64,000 nt of DNA from a bacterium (lineage in GTDB: Bacteria > Patescibacteriota > Minisyncoccia > 1-14-0-10-42-19): NCBI GenBank assembly GCA_030690215.1, contig JAUYHD010000029.1, positions 14,568-78,567 of the forward strand, read 5' to 3'. Positions 28,114 to 37,509 of this stretch are shown here, in pieces. The notes beneath the pieces are model-generated. The model made no database searches. It had not been told where the DNA came from and was given only the letters and a program-made list of their open reading frames with translations. Position numbers and translations under genes: made by a program. Numbering within the stretch: the stretch's first letter is position 1; the number at the start of each line of letters is the position of its first letter.

Positions 28114-29301
28114 TTATTGCTTATGGCGTATCCGATAAATCACTCCCGCCTTATCGTCCGACACGAACATATCTCCATTGGGGCGGATAACCACATCAAC
28201 AGGCCTCCCCAGAGCCGCATTGTCTTTCGTAAGCCATCCGGTGATAAAATCGGTAACTTCCGAAAACTTCCCGGCAGGATCAAATACTATGCGCACCAGC
28301 TTATACCCCGTCGGCTCAGTTCTGTTCCAAGATCCGTGGTATGCCACAATCAGGTCGTTTTTATACTCTTCGGGCCAATCCGCACTCTGAGGGACAAACG
28401 CCAGCCCAAGAGGCGCTGAATGCGCCTGCAGATCAATACGCGAGGGCGACTCAAATGGCTCCATGCACGGATTTCGTATATATGTATTTTTATCAAATTC
28501 AGTATCGTGTATATTCTTGCCGTAACAGATGGGCCATCCGTAATTGGCGCCCTCGATGATAATATTTATTTCATCGGGCGGAATGTTGTCTCCCAACTCA
28601 TCGCGACCCATCTCGGTCGCCCACATTCTTCCATCAAATGGGCTCCAGTCAAAAAATACCGCATTACGAAGGCCTCTGGCATACTCTTTAAAATCGCTCC
28701 CGTCTTTGTTCATGGAAAAAATCTTTGCGCGACGGTCGTCTTTTTCATTACATACATTACAAGAAGAACCAATAGATACATACAAACGCCCATCGGGCCC
28801 AAACCTAATCGTTCGAGTAGAATGCCCGCCACCAGAAGGCAGATCAGCGATTTTTTCAGGAGACCCTTCCGAGTATATCCGTACGCGCGATATTGTATCT
28901 TCCTCCGCAAAATAAAGAATTTGCGGGTCATCGGGGTCAAACGCAAGCCCATGAGGTTTTTGTAAATTCCTGAATACGTTGCTTGTGTGTGTCGCTTTCC
29001 CTGACTCATTCAACTCAACAAGGGAAATAACGCCTTCCGAAGTACGAGACACCCACATGTTTCCAAACGCATCAAACACAATAACACGCGCGCCTGAAAG
29101 CCCATCCGCAAAAAGAGAAATAGAAAAACCGGAGGAAAGCGTAAACGGCATTCGCCCTTCTTCAAAAATGTCTTTTATATTTTCTACAGGGGGCAGTATC
29201 GCAGGGCCGCTCCCTCGTAAATTTTTCCAATAAAAAACTGCGGCCCATAAAACACCGCCTGCGATAATCCCTATTCCTATGCCGACAATAATCTTTTTCA
29301 T
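28114..29301 (-). CDS. PQQ-dependent sugar/sorbosone dehydrogenase family beta-propeller
   Basis: GSSCNVC, ARGLRNAV, GANYGWP, HGSWNR, GRPVDV. Confidence 0.88.
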   Translation of the reverse strand: MKKIIVGIGIGIIAGGVLWAAVFYWKNLRGSGPAILPPVENIKDIFEEGRMPFTLSSGFSISLFADGLSGARVIVFDAFGNMWVSRTSEGVISLVELNESGKATHTSNVFRNLQKPHGLAFDPDDPQILYFAEEDTISRVRIYSEGSPEKIADLPSGGGHSTRTIRFGPDGRLYVSIGSSCNVCNEKDDRRAKIFSMNKDGSDFKEYARGLRNAVFFDWSPFDGRMWATEMGRDELGDNIPPDEINIIIEGANYGWPICYGKNIHDTEFDKNTYIRNPCMEPFESPSRIDLQAHSAPLGLAFVPQSADWPEEYKNDLIVAYHGSWNRTEPTGYKLVRIVFDPAGKFSEVTDFITGWLTKDNAALGRPVDVVIRPNGDMFVSDDKAGVIYRIRHKQ

Positions 29302-29304
29302 GCA

Positions 29305-29541
29305 TCATATGCCGGTCGGGGGCTCCGAAACATTTATACTCTTTTTCTGTTTTTTTGTACGGGTAACTAACAAATATAAAATTTCAAAAATACCCGCCGT
29401 ATTCACCACCAAAAATACAACAAACCACCATTTGTCCCCTCTGTGCGCGGCGCGCCAAAGCGCAAACCCTTTCCAAGGCAATGTCCATATCGCAAGAACG
29501 AGCGCGAGAATAAAAATCGTTTCCGGAATATCCCCTATCAT
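29305..29541 (-). CDS. Small membrane protein (DUF5652-like)
   Basis: WKGFALWRAA..DKWWF..NTAGIFEILY. Confidence 0.8.
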   Translation of the reverse strand: MIGDIPETIFILALVLAIWTLPWKGFALWRAAHRGDKWWFVVFLVVNTAGIFEILYLLVTRTKKQKKSINVSEPPTGI

Positions 29542-29560
29542 GCTTTCATGATACCAAATA

Positions 29561-30085
29561 TTACTCCCTATCGCCTACCCCGCCGGAGTTATTTTCGGAA
29601 AATGTTTGAAAAACGTCCATAATTAAATTCCCGAAAGGATCTTGAAGCGCTTCATCCTGACGAAAATTAAATTCACGATCACCATCATCCGCGTGGATGA
29701 CCGCATAATATGTTTTTCCCGGTGCCGTGTTACGAAGCAATTCCACGGTCCCCGCTGTCTTTCCTCCCGGAAAATATCGGGCGCCTAGAATATTTGACGG
29801 CACGCCATGTTGATCCTCATGAACCGCAAGCCACGCCCCCCGCGAGAGCGTCGCTAAAGAAATAAATACGCTATCGCCTGCGTCTTGAGCATCAACCGAA
29901 ACTGAATTGTGCCCTAACGGCAAAGAAAACACATCAGAAGCCGTGTTTGATTCATTGCGCGCGGCAGCCCTATCTTTTTGCTCTCCAGAAAAAAGAAGCC
30001 ACGCAAAACCAAACCCCAGCGCAAACGCTATAACGGGAATAAAAATAGAAACAAAAAACGAAGATGAAACGGTATCTTTTTCCAT
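29561..30085 (-). CDS. Membrane-anchored hypothetical protein with beta-sandwich-like domain
   Basis: TM helix then WLAVHED..ILGARY..YYAVIHADDGD; SD GGAGGG. Confidence 0.75.
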   Translation of the reverse strand: MEKDTVSSSFFVSIFIPVIAFALGFGFAWLLFSGEQKDRAAARNESNTASDVFSLPLGHNSVSVDAQDAGDSVFISLATLSRGAWLAVHEDQHGVPSNILGARYFPGGKTAGTVELLRNTAPGKTYYAVIHADDGDREFNFRQDEALQDPFGNLIMDVFQTFSENNSGGVGDRE

Positions 30086-30121
30086 AATGAATCCCTCCAA
30101 TTATAAACTATTCGCACAAAT

Positions 30122-30188
30122 AAAAAAAGGCGTCCTGTGTGTTGACCCCGAAATGCATGTGTTGCATAACGGGGCAAGCAGGACGCCT
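30122..30188 (-). terminator. Extended terminator/structured RNA motif, copy 1
   Basis: AGGCGTCCTG/CAGGACGCCT stem plus T7, enclosing inner hairpins; 41-nt core identical to copy 2. Confidence 0.75.
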
Positions 30189-30193
30189 GTGTG

Positions 30194-32020
30194 TTATTTA
30201 TTTTTTATACGAGATAAAAGAACTTCCATTTCCTCTATCGGCTTTTTGAGCGTATGGATGGCATTAACCCAAAACTCGGGAGATGAAAGATCTTTGCCGA
30301 TCGTTTTTTTTGCAACTGCTTCGGGGGTGTCTGAGCCAGACAACATAAGGAATTTTTCATATTTCGGAAGAAAATCTTCCCCTTCTTCTTTAAAAAGAGC
30401 GAAAAGACCCCTGCTTAGTAAATATCCGAACGTATACGGGAAATTGTAAAACATAACTCCAGTAATATAAAAATGGAGTTTTGTCGCCCAAAAATATGGG
30501 TCTTCGCCGCCTTTTTCAAGCACATCCCCAAATATAGCGCGCTGCTTTTGAACCATAATATCATTCAATCGCGCAACGCTTAATTCATGGGAGGCACGCT
30601 CTTCATATACCGCTTTTTCAAATTCGTAGCGAACCGGAATATCTAACAAATAAATCGCGCCGTGATTAATTTCCGCATCAAGCATAAGCGCTTTTTCTTC
30701 ATCAGAAACTTCGGGGTCTTTCATAATCCCCTCCGCAAGAATCATTTCTCCAAATGTAGAAGCAGATTCCGCAAGAGTCATCGGATAGTGACGACCAAAT
30801 GTTCGCACGCCCCTCATGATGTTTTCATGAAATGCGTGTCCTGATTCATGCGCAAGAGTTAATATGTCTCCTATGGTATTGTTATAGGTCATAAAAATCC
30901 TGGATTCGTTGATGAGGAGTGATCTGCTACAAAATCCGCCCGGTCGTTTCCCGGTGCGCGGCTCCCAATCAATCCACCGCTCATTGCATAGGTTGCGGAA
31001 AAATCTTCCGAGTTTTGGATATGCTCCGAAAAATGATTTTTCAACAAGCTGTTTTGCTTTTCCCCAATCAAGATGCGCGTGTATATCCAATGGAGCGCCC
31101 AAATCAAACCATGCGATATTTTCTCTTCCCATCATTTTTGCCTTTAACCCAAGAATTTTTTTCGGTAGGGCAATTTCCGAATATACCGCTTCAAGCATTG
31201 CTTCAAGCGTTTCCTGCTTTATTCCCGCATCAAATAAAGCGGTATCAAGAAAATAATTCGTCCCTCTTTTTTGGCCAAGCGTCAGCCGGGTACCCGAAAT
31301 TGCGTTCAACGCAGCTGCAGGAATGTCAGCTATCTTTGCCCACGCTTCGTTCCCCCCTCTAAATGCCGCTTCTCGTATCTCTCGGTCCGGCTTTTCCATA
31401 AGAGAGCGCCTTTGCGAAAAGGGTTTTATTTCTTTCCGCCCGTCAGGGTACTGCATCTCAAATGTCAATTTCCCCGAAGTGTTATTATATAAACGACCCC
31501 ACGCTTCAATCCCATCCACCCCAAGATCCGCGGCAAGTATTTCCATCTCTTTTGACATGGTCATGTTTGCCCTTTTTCGCATCCGAGCAAGATAATAAAG
31601 TGCGGCTCCTGCATTGCCCATAAAAGCGTCTCGCGCAATGAACGTATGGAATACGCTATCGGGCACGCCCTTAAGCGCTCTATCAAGCTCAACTTCCAAT
31701 CTTGCGTATTCGGCTTTAAGACGAGACATACCCGCCTGCTCTTCAGTATATTTCTCATTATCCGCATCAGCAGATGAAATGCATTCTACATATGATTCCA
31801 GATGAGAAAAGCGGGCCTGGATACCTTCGAGCGCAAGAAATATTTCTTCCCATTCGTTTTGATTTGAATCGCCCAACGAATCAAGCAATGATGCTTTTTT
31901 TGTAAAATCCTCTACATCCTTCCTAAAATTTCTTTTGAACGCCCTCATCCCAGGGCCATTGAATGCAAGAAAATACCTTGAGAGGTCCCAATTTCCATCC
32001 CTATTTACAGTCGCGTGCAT
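30194..32020 (-). CDS. pepF: M3B oligoendopeptidase F
   Basis: KRPGGFC, LAHESGHAFH, AESASTFGE, FYNFPYTFG; SD AAGGAGG. Confidence 0.9.
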   Translation of the reverse strand: MHATVNRDGNWDLSRYFLAFNGPGMRAFKRNFRKDVEDFTKKASLLDSLGDSNQNEWEEIFLALEGIQARFSHLESYVECISSADADNEKYTEEQAGMSRLKAEYARLEVELDRALKGVPDSVFHTFIARDAFMGNAGAALYYLARMRKRANMTMSKEMEILAADLGVDGIEAWGRLYNNTSGKLTFEMQYPDGRKEIKPFSQRRSLMEKPDREIREAAFRGGNEAWAKIADIPAAALNAISGTRLTLGQKRGTNYFLDTALFDAGIKQETLEAMLEAVYSEIALPKKILGLKAKMMGRENIAWFDLGAPLDIHAHLDWGKAKQLVEKSFFGAYPKLGRFFRNLCNERWIDWEPRTGKRPGGFCSRSLLINESRIFMTYNNTIGDILTLAHESGHAFHENIMRGVRTFGRHYPMTLAESASTFGEMILAEGIMKDPEVSDEEKALMLDAEINHGAIYLLDIPVRYEFEKAVYEERASHELSVARLNDIMVQKQRAIFGDVLEKGGEDPYFWATKLHFYITGVMFYNFPYTFGYLLSRGLFALFKEEGEDFLPKYEKFLMLSGSDTPEAVAKKTIGKDLSSPEFWVNAIHTLKKPIEEMEVLLSRIKNK

Positions 32021-32152
32021 GTATAAAACCTCCTTGTAAAATAGCTTATTTGAATATGATAGTATCATAAAAAATAAATTTTGTATATAATATCTACCCT
32101 TCTGTGTTGCTCACCCTCCCAAATTGTGTATTAAAAAATAGGCGCTCAAAAC

Positions 32153-32220
32153 AAAAAAAGACGTCCTGTGTGTTGACCCCGAAATGCATGTGTTGCATAA
32201 CGAAGGCACAGAGGACGTCT
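32153..32220 (-). terminator. Extended terminator/structured RNA motif, copy 2
   Basis: AGACGTCCT/AGGACGTCT stem (compensatory change vs copy 1) plus T7. Confidence 0.75.
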
Positions 32221-32236
32221 CATGCGTTATTTGTTT

Positions 32237-34048
32237 TTATGAAAGTGTTGCGTACATCTCTTCGGCTTCTTTCAGCATTTCGCGCATAATTCGTATCCCG
32301 GAATTCCAAAAAGCAGGATCGATTATGTCTACGCCTACATGCTTTTTTAAAAGAATATGCGGCGCATCGCTCCCGCCGGCAGAAAGTAAACTCATATACC
32401 CCGGCACAAACGCCTGCCCTTCTTCCAGATATTTTTGATATAGCGCGAGCACCAAGAGTTCGCCGAACGAATATGCGTAACAATAGAATGGCGAATGAAT
32501 AAAATGAGGTATATAGAGCCACCACCATGCGTATTCCTTGGTAAGCGTCAGCGAACCGCCAAACATTTTTTTATTCTCATCAATCCATAATTCATTGATG
32601 TGCTCTGTCGGGATTTCTCCTTTTTCTCTGCGCTCTCTATGAACACGTTCTTCAAAACGGGTAAAAATAACCTGACGGTATACGGTAGCAAATATTTCTT
32701 CCAACTTGCCCATAATAAGCGCCATTTTTTTCTTTGGATCTTTTTCTTGTTTTTTCAAGCTGTCAAAAAGAAGTATTTCGGCAAAAACACTCGCGGTTTC
32801 AGCAGTAGGGAGAGGTGTGTCGGCTCCAAACAATCCTTGCTTGCGCGAAAGATACTGATGAATGCCATGCCCAAGCTCATGCGCGAGCGTCATAACATCG
32901 CGCAGACGCCCCATGTAATTTACGAGGACATAGGGATGCGCGCTCGGAACGGTGCCGTGGCTAAACGCTCCTCCACGCTTTCCTTTCCGCGGTGCCGCAT
33001 CAATCCATTTGTGGACAAAAAATTTCTCGGCAATGTCTCGTGCGTCTTGAGAAAATACCCCGAACGAATCAAGCACCATGCGTTTCGCATCAGAAAAAGC
33101 AATTCTCTTTTCATCGAATACCACAGGAGCATACCTGTCATAGTCATATAACACGTCAAGACCAAGCACCTTTTTCTTAAGCTCATAATAGCGGTGCGGT
33201 ATATCATAATGTTCCTCGGAAACTTTTAAAAACGCATCTACTATATCCTGGCTTATTTCATTCTCAAGATTCCGGAATGCCATCGGGTGCCCGAAAGACC
33301 GAAGCCTGTCGTCAATCGCGCAATCCTGAAGAATGGTGTTGAAGATAAACGTAAGAGTTGTTTTGTTCTCTTGGAGGCCTTTCGTAAGTGCGTCTGCCGC
33401 TGATTTTCTAAGGGTACGGTCGGAATGATATAAGAACGCGAGTATTTCGCTCTCGCTCATCTTTTCTGTTTTTTTGCCTCTTCTCATCTTAAAAACAATA
33501 TTATTTCCAATCTCATCAAAAAGACGCGAAAAGGCCTCTGAGCCGGTATTGTTTTTTTCGCTTAGTATTTTTTCTTCCGGCTCGCTAAGCTTATGCGGTT
33601 TTTCAATTCTTTCTTTCTCTAAATAGTGCCTATATCGAGAGAGGGTTTCTTCTCCGAGCAATTGTTCTGCTACGCTATCGGAAACGCCCACCCACTCTAA
33701 TTCAAAAAACAACACATGCTTATTTATTTCTGTTGCTTTTTCTTGCATCCTGGCAAGAAATGCTCCGTATTCTTGCTTGCTCGTATCGCTCGCGTACATC
33801 AAATACGCGTATGCAAGAATTTTGTGAACGCATTCCGTTATTTTTTCCAGACCAGAAACCGCATCAAATAGAAAAGACGCGGTAAGCGAATCGGAATGTA
33901 TCTTGCCCCTATAGCGCGCGCCAAATTCTTTCGCCCTCAAAAGAGCGGACGCAATATCGTTCTCAATAGCCGGGTCTGTATGCCCCGTATATAAATCGGA
34001 TAAATCCCACGCGGGGATTTTCTCATTTTTTGCAGATTGTGTGTTCAT
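32237..34048 (-). CDS. pepF: M3B oligoendopeptidase F (second paralog)
   Basis: KRGGAFS, LAHELGHGIH, AETASVFAE, IPHFIHSPFYCYAY. Confidence 0.92.
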   Translation of the reverse strand: MNTQSAKNEKIPAWDLSDLYTGHTDPAIENDIASALLRAKEFGARYRGKIHSDSLTASFLFDAVSGLEKITECVHKILAYAYLMYASDTSKQEYGAFLARMQEKATEINKHVLFFELEWVGVSDSVAEQLLGEETLSRYRHYLEKERIEKPHKLSEPEEKILSEKNNTGSEAFSRLFDEIGNNIVFKMRRGKKTEKMSESEILAFLYHSDRTLRKSAADALTKGLQENKTTLTFIFNTILQDCAIDDRLRSFGHPMAFRNLENEISQDIVDAFLKVSEEHYDIPHRYYELKKKVLGLDVLYDYDRYAPVVFDEKRIAFSDAKRMVLDSFGVFSQDARDIAEKFFVHKWIDAAPRKGKRGGAFSHGTVPSAHPYVLVNYMGRLRDVMTLAHELGHGIHQYLSRKQGLFGADTPLPTAETASVFAEILLFDSLKKQEKDPKKKMALIMGKLEEIFATVYRQVIFTRFEERVHRERREKGEIPTEHINELWIDENKKMFGGSLTLTKEYAWWWLYIPHFIHSPFYCYAYSFGELLVLALYQKYLEEGQAFVPGYMSLLSAGGSDAPHILLKKHVGVDIIDPAFWNSGIRIMREMLKEAEEMYATLS

Positions 34049-34128
34049 ATCTATCTCCTTATCGTGCTATTTTTAAACATCTTCTTTGCAGAATACTATC
34101 ATAAAAATTTACTTCTGTATATGATATG

Positions 34129-34431
34129 TTACATGTCAGACAGCATCTTTCTTACCACTTCTCTGTATTCCGGGAAATACGACTCAATATCCTGAAGAGA
34201 AAATCTCCGTAGAATTGATTCATTCGATTCATGCGATAAAAGAAACCGAAATGATTGTTGCACCAAGATATCGGGAGCTGCGCTTTCCCCCGTTAACTCC
34301 TCCCAATATGGCTCGGATAAAGAAACTTCGTGCGTTGTTGTCGTCCCGTTGCGGACGGTAACGCGATACTTCGCTTCAGGAAGCGGATCAATTTCTTCCA
34401 CCGTGACAGTATAGGCAAACGAATCTCGCAT
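34129..34431 (-). CDS. Hypothetical protein (100 aa)
   Basis: Compact ORF with SFRFLL..E....IL..F.L..I..YFPEY pattern. Confidence 0.7.
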   Translation of the reverse strand: MRDSFAYTVTVEEIDPLPEAKYRVTVRNGTTTTHEVSLSEPYWEELTGESAAPDILVQQSFRFLLSHESNESILRRFSLQDIESYFPEYREVVRKMLSDM

Positions 34432-34514
34432 AATGTTCCATTAGTATACGGCATTTTTCGGAAATAAAAAAACCCCGATATTCTTTTACAAGAATAACGG
34501 GATTCTATTGGTAT

Positions 34515-35738
34515 TTAATTGCAATTTTCAATCAATACGGCAACCGCTCCTCCTCCACCATGGCATGTGGTCGCAATGCCGTATCGTCCATTCATGTCTT
34601 GTAGCGCGTAGCAAAGATTTACTAAAATTTTTGCGCCGGAAGCACCCAGTGGATGGCCGTTTGCGATAGCGCCGCCCCATACATTCACTTTTTCAGGGGA
34701 GAGTCCCAATTCTTTTATCGCAAAAAGGGGTGCGGGAGGAAATGCTTCGTTTATCTCAAAAAGGTCGATATCTTGCAGGCGCAATTTTGCTTTTTCTACA
34801 ACACGCGTTATCGCAAGAGTTGGCGCGCGCAAGAATTCGCGCGGTTCGAGCCCCGCGTGACCAAATGCCACTATGCGCGCCATGGGCTTTTTAATACACC
34901 CCACTGCTTGTTTCTCCGATATGAGTATGAGGGCAGATGCACCGTCCGATAACTGTGAGGAATTGGCAACCGTCAACCGTCCATTGTCGCAAAACACGGG
35001 CGGACGGCTCCGTATCTTATCTCTGTCCGGCTCACGCCATCCTTCATCAAATTGAGGAGAATTTTTTATATGCAGAAGCTGACGAGATATCTTTTCTCGC
35101 GCCGAACCTGCGCGAGAATAACTTTCAAACGCATACGCATCCAACACATCCCTCGATATTTCGTGGTCTCGAATAATACTTTCGGCAAGTTTTCCCATAA
35201 CGGGGAAGCCGGGGTAGAGCGCGTCGCACAATCCTTCCGACTGCAAACTATCCACTGCGTATTGCCCCATCAGAGGATCAGCGTTTTTTTCTTGCAGCGC
35301 TGTCTGTAAATACGAGAACGTATAGGCAAACGTAAGCGGATCATATACCCCATGTAGACGCCTCATCAAAAACGGCGCGTTGCTCATTGACTCAATACCG
35401 CCGACAATAACCGCATCCATGTCCCCCGTGGCTATTTTAAGGTACCCATACTCGGCAGAAAGAAAACTTGAAGAACATACCTTGCTAAAATTTGACGCAT
35501 CGGTAGCATGCCTCAATCCCGCGCGAATCTTTATTTGATTTGCCGGATGCTGGCCAAGCCCCGAAGAAACTACGTTCCCGATATATACGCCTTCTATGTC
35601 GCTACGGCTGATCAAAACGTAATCAATCAGCTTTTCTATGAGTTGGGCCCCAAGATCCACAGCCGAACTATCTTTATACGCACCGCCAAACCGTCCGGTA
35701 GGAATGCGTTTTCCTTCAAGAATATATACAGGCTTCAT
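34515..35738 (-). CDS. Thiolase (acetyl-CoA C-acyltransferase)
   Basis: KVCSS, GGIESMS, EINEAF, GHPLGASG, CHGGG; start refined after AAGGAGG. Confidence 0.92.
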   Translation of the reverse strand: MKPVYILEGKRIPTGRFGGAYKDSSAVDLGAQLIEKLIDYVLISRSDIEGVYIGNVVSSGLGQHPANQIKIRAGLRHATDASNFSKVCSSSFLSAEYGYLKIATGDMDAVIVGGIESMSNAPFLMRRLHGVYDPLTFAYTFSYLQTALQEKNADPLMGQYAVDSLQSEGLCDALYPGFPVMGKLAESIIRDHEISRDVLDAYAFESYSRAGSAREKISRQLLHIKNSPQFDEGWREPDRDKIRSRPPVFCDNGRLTVANSSQLSDGASALILISEKQAVGCIKKPMARIVAFGHAGLEPREFLRAPTLAITRVVEKAKLRLQDIDLFEINEAFPPAPLFAIKELGLSPEKVNVWGGAIANGHPLGASGAKILVNLCYALQDMNGRYGIATTCHGGGGAVAVLIENCN

Positions 35739-35801
35739 GCCAAACCTCCTTATGCAATTTTTTACTATAACAAACAACAAATACCCCCGCAGTATACACC
35801 A

Positions 35802-35828
35802 AAACACCCCTTTATAAAAGGGGTGTTT
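35802..35828. promoter_or_regulatory. Palindrome upstream of the thiolase -10 box (operator or terminator)
   Basis: AAACACCCCTTT-AT-AAAAGGGGTGTTT. Confidence 0.45.
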
Positions 35829-35922
35829 ATGTTCCAAGATTTTTTAAAGCCAGCTTACCCCCGCAAAATAGACAAGAGCAAGAACAATAGCAAGGATAAG
35901 GAACGCCAAAAGAGCAAGCATA

Positions 35923-36221
35923 CCCCGTTAGGCTAAATCAAATGAAGAAGACCAATACCCCCGCAGGCGATTCCTCAAAAATCTGCGTCCCGCAGTAGAT
36001 TTGAGATAACGCTCACGCTGTATGGCGTCTTCTTGATTTGTGCAAGCCTCAAGATAAATGATAATAAATGGTAGTCTCATTTTTGTTGAAAAGTTATATC
36101 CCCGTGTATGCTCTTCTAATCGTTTTTTAATATTCTTTGTACATCCTACATACATATTGCCATCCTTTTTGCTCCGCAATACGTATGTCCAGAAGAGCAT
36201 ATTTGATTTTGCCATACGGGG
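35923..36221. mobile_element. 299-bp TIR element carrying a GIY-YIG nuclease gene
   Basis: Ends CCCCGTTAGGCTA / TTGCCATACGGGG, flanked on both sides by CATA. Confidence 0.8.
35928..36200 (-). CDS. Stand-alone GIY-YIG endonuclease (UPF0213/SLX1-like)
   Basis: TYVLRS..MYVGCT..KKRL..H..ERYLK; alternative starts at 36215/36224; TAA stop inside the left TIR. Confidence 0.9.
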   Translation of the reverse strand: MLFWTYVLRSKKDGNMYVGCTKNIKKRLEEHTRGYNFSTKMRLPFIIIYLEACTNQEDAIQRERYLKSTAGRRFLRNRLRGYWSSSFDLA

Positions 36222-36225
36222 CATA

Positions 36226-36576
36226 CCCCGTTAGGCTACATCGAAAAACGTCTTCCTTGCCCCGTAAGACAATATCACATGGTACGTCATGCATTCGCCG
36301 TTCATTCACCATAGCATAGCTGTACTCCCCATTTCTTCTGACAGCGACGCTCTAATAAATGACGTACAAGAATGCGTTATGTGATATTGTCAAACGGGGC
36401 TTGCAAAATCGCAGAATATATTTCGATGGTTACCTTTTATTGTACTTTTACTAATAATACTTCGTATCACCTCCGTAAGACGTAAAGATTTTGCTTTTCC
36501 GCCGGAGGCGGATCTGCTCGCCTCGTCTTCGCCTCGGCGAGGCGGGCCTTCGGCATGACGATGTTGCCATACGGGG
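36226..36576. mobile_element. 351-bp non-coding element with the same TIRs, containing nested elements
   Basis: Identical ends CCCCGTTAGGCTA / TTGCCATACGGGG, flanked by CATA. Confidence 0.8.
36260..36399. mobile_element. 140-bp MITE nested in the 351-bp element
   Basis: CCCCGTAAGACAATATCACAT / ATGTGATATTGTCAAACGGGG, perfect CTTG duplication; sibling of 16674-16811. Confidence 0.85.
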
Positions 36577-36580
36577 CATA

Positions 36581-37393
36581 TTATCTTATTTCGTATATCA
36601 GCGTTACTGTCACCATGATATCCTGTGACCCCGGTTCAATAGAAGGCGCGGGAGCCGTAGCACCGCCTATTCCTGCGTCACGAACAGACTCAAGCCCAAC
36701 AACACCCTTATAAAAGGGCGTAAACCCTCCTTCAGAAAGCGAAAGAAGGCGCCCAATCCTAAATCCTCCAGCACGCGCGGTCGCTTTTGCCTTTTCTTTT
36801 GCTTGTTCAATTGCTTTCTCGCGCGCCTCTTGCTCTACCATCGCAGGATCATCAATCGTAAACCAAAGCTGGGATACGGAATTTGCGCCATTTTCTACCA
36901 CACCGGAAAGCAGTTCGCCTACTATGCCAAATTTATCTTCCCGAGCTTTTACCAACACGGTTTGGCTTATCGTGTATCCTACTATTTCAGCAGGAGGGCA
37001 TGGCTCTATTGATATAACGTCACCCAATGACACGGGACGCGAACAATTATAGTATTGATATCGCGGAGAAACAGTATATCCCTGTGTAGTAATATCTTCT
37101 TTTGCTATCCCTTTTGATTTTACAAAATCAATCGCGGCATTCGTGCTTTCGGTATTTTTTTGCTGAAGAGAAGCAACATTGGTACCGCCTTCAGTAAGCA
37201 CGGTGAAAGAAAATTGCGCGACATCGGGTACTGCAACAACCTTCCCTTCGCCGGATACCGAGAAACTCCGGGCAAAAGACGGGTCAATTGAATTTTTTAA
37301 TGCGCCGACAAGCCCAACGACTCCGTACGAAAATGCGAGGAGCGCTACAATAATAACGACATAAAGATACTTTTTCCCTATAGGTGTGTCCAT
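36581..37393 (-). CDS. SIMPL/DUF541 family protein
   Basis: SVSGEGKVVAVPDVA, AREKAIEQAKEKA, IEPGSQDI. Confidence 0.9.
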   Translation of the reverse strand: MDTPIGKKYLYVVIIVALLAFSYGVVGLVGALKNSIDPSFARSFSVSGEGKVVAVPDVAQFSFTVLTEGGTNVASLQQKNTESTNAAIDFVKSKGIAKEDITTQGYTVSPRYQYYNCSRPVSLGDVISIEPCPPAEIVGYTISQTVLVKAREDKFGIVGELLSGVVENGANSVSQLWFTIDDPAMVEQEAREKAIEQAKEKAKATARAGGFRIGRLLSLSEGGFTPFYKGVVGLESVRDAGIGGATAPAPSIEPGSQDIMVTVTLIYEIR

Positions 37394-37509
37394 ATGTATA
37401 GAAAATAATAACCTAATAATATACGCTTATAATACCATGTTTTCGGGCGCCCCATCAATGAAGCATGCTATACTATACATAGACCATCTTTACTAGGGAG
37501 GGCATATAT

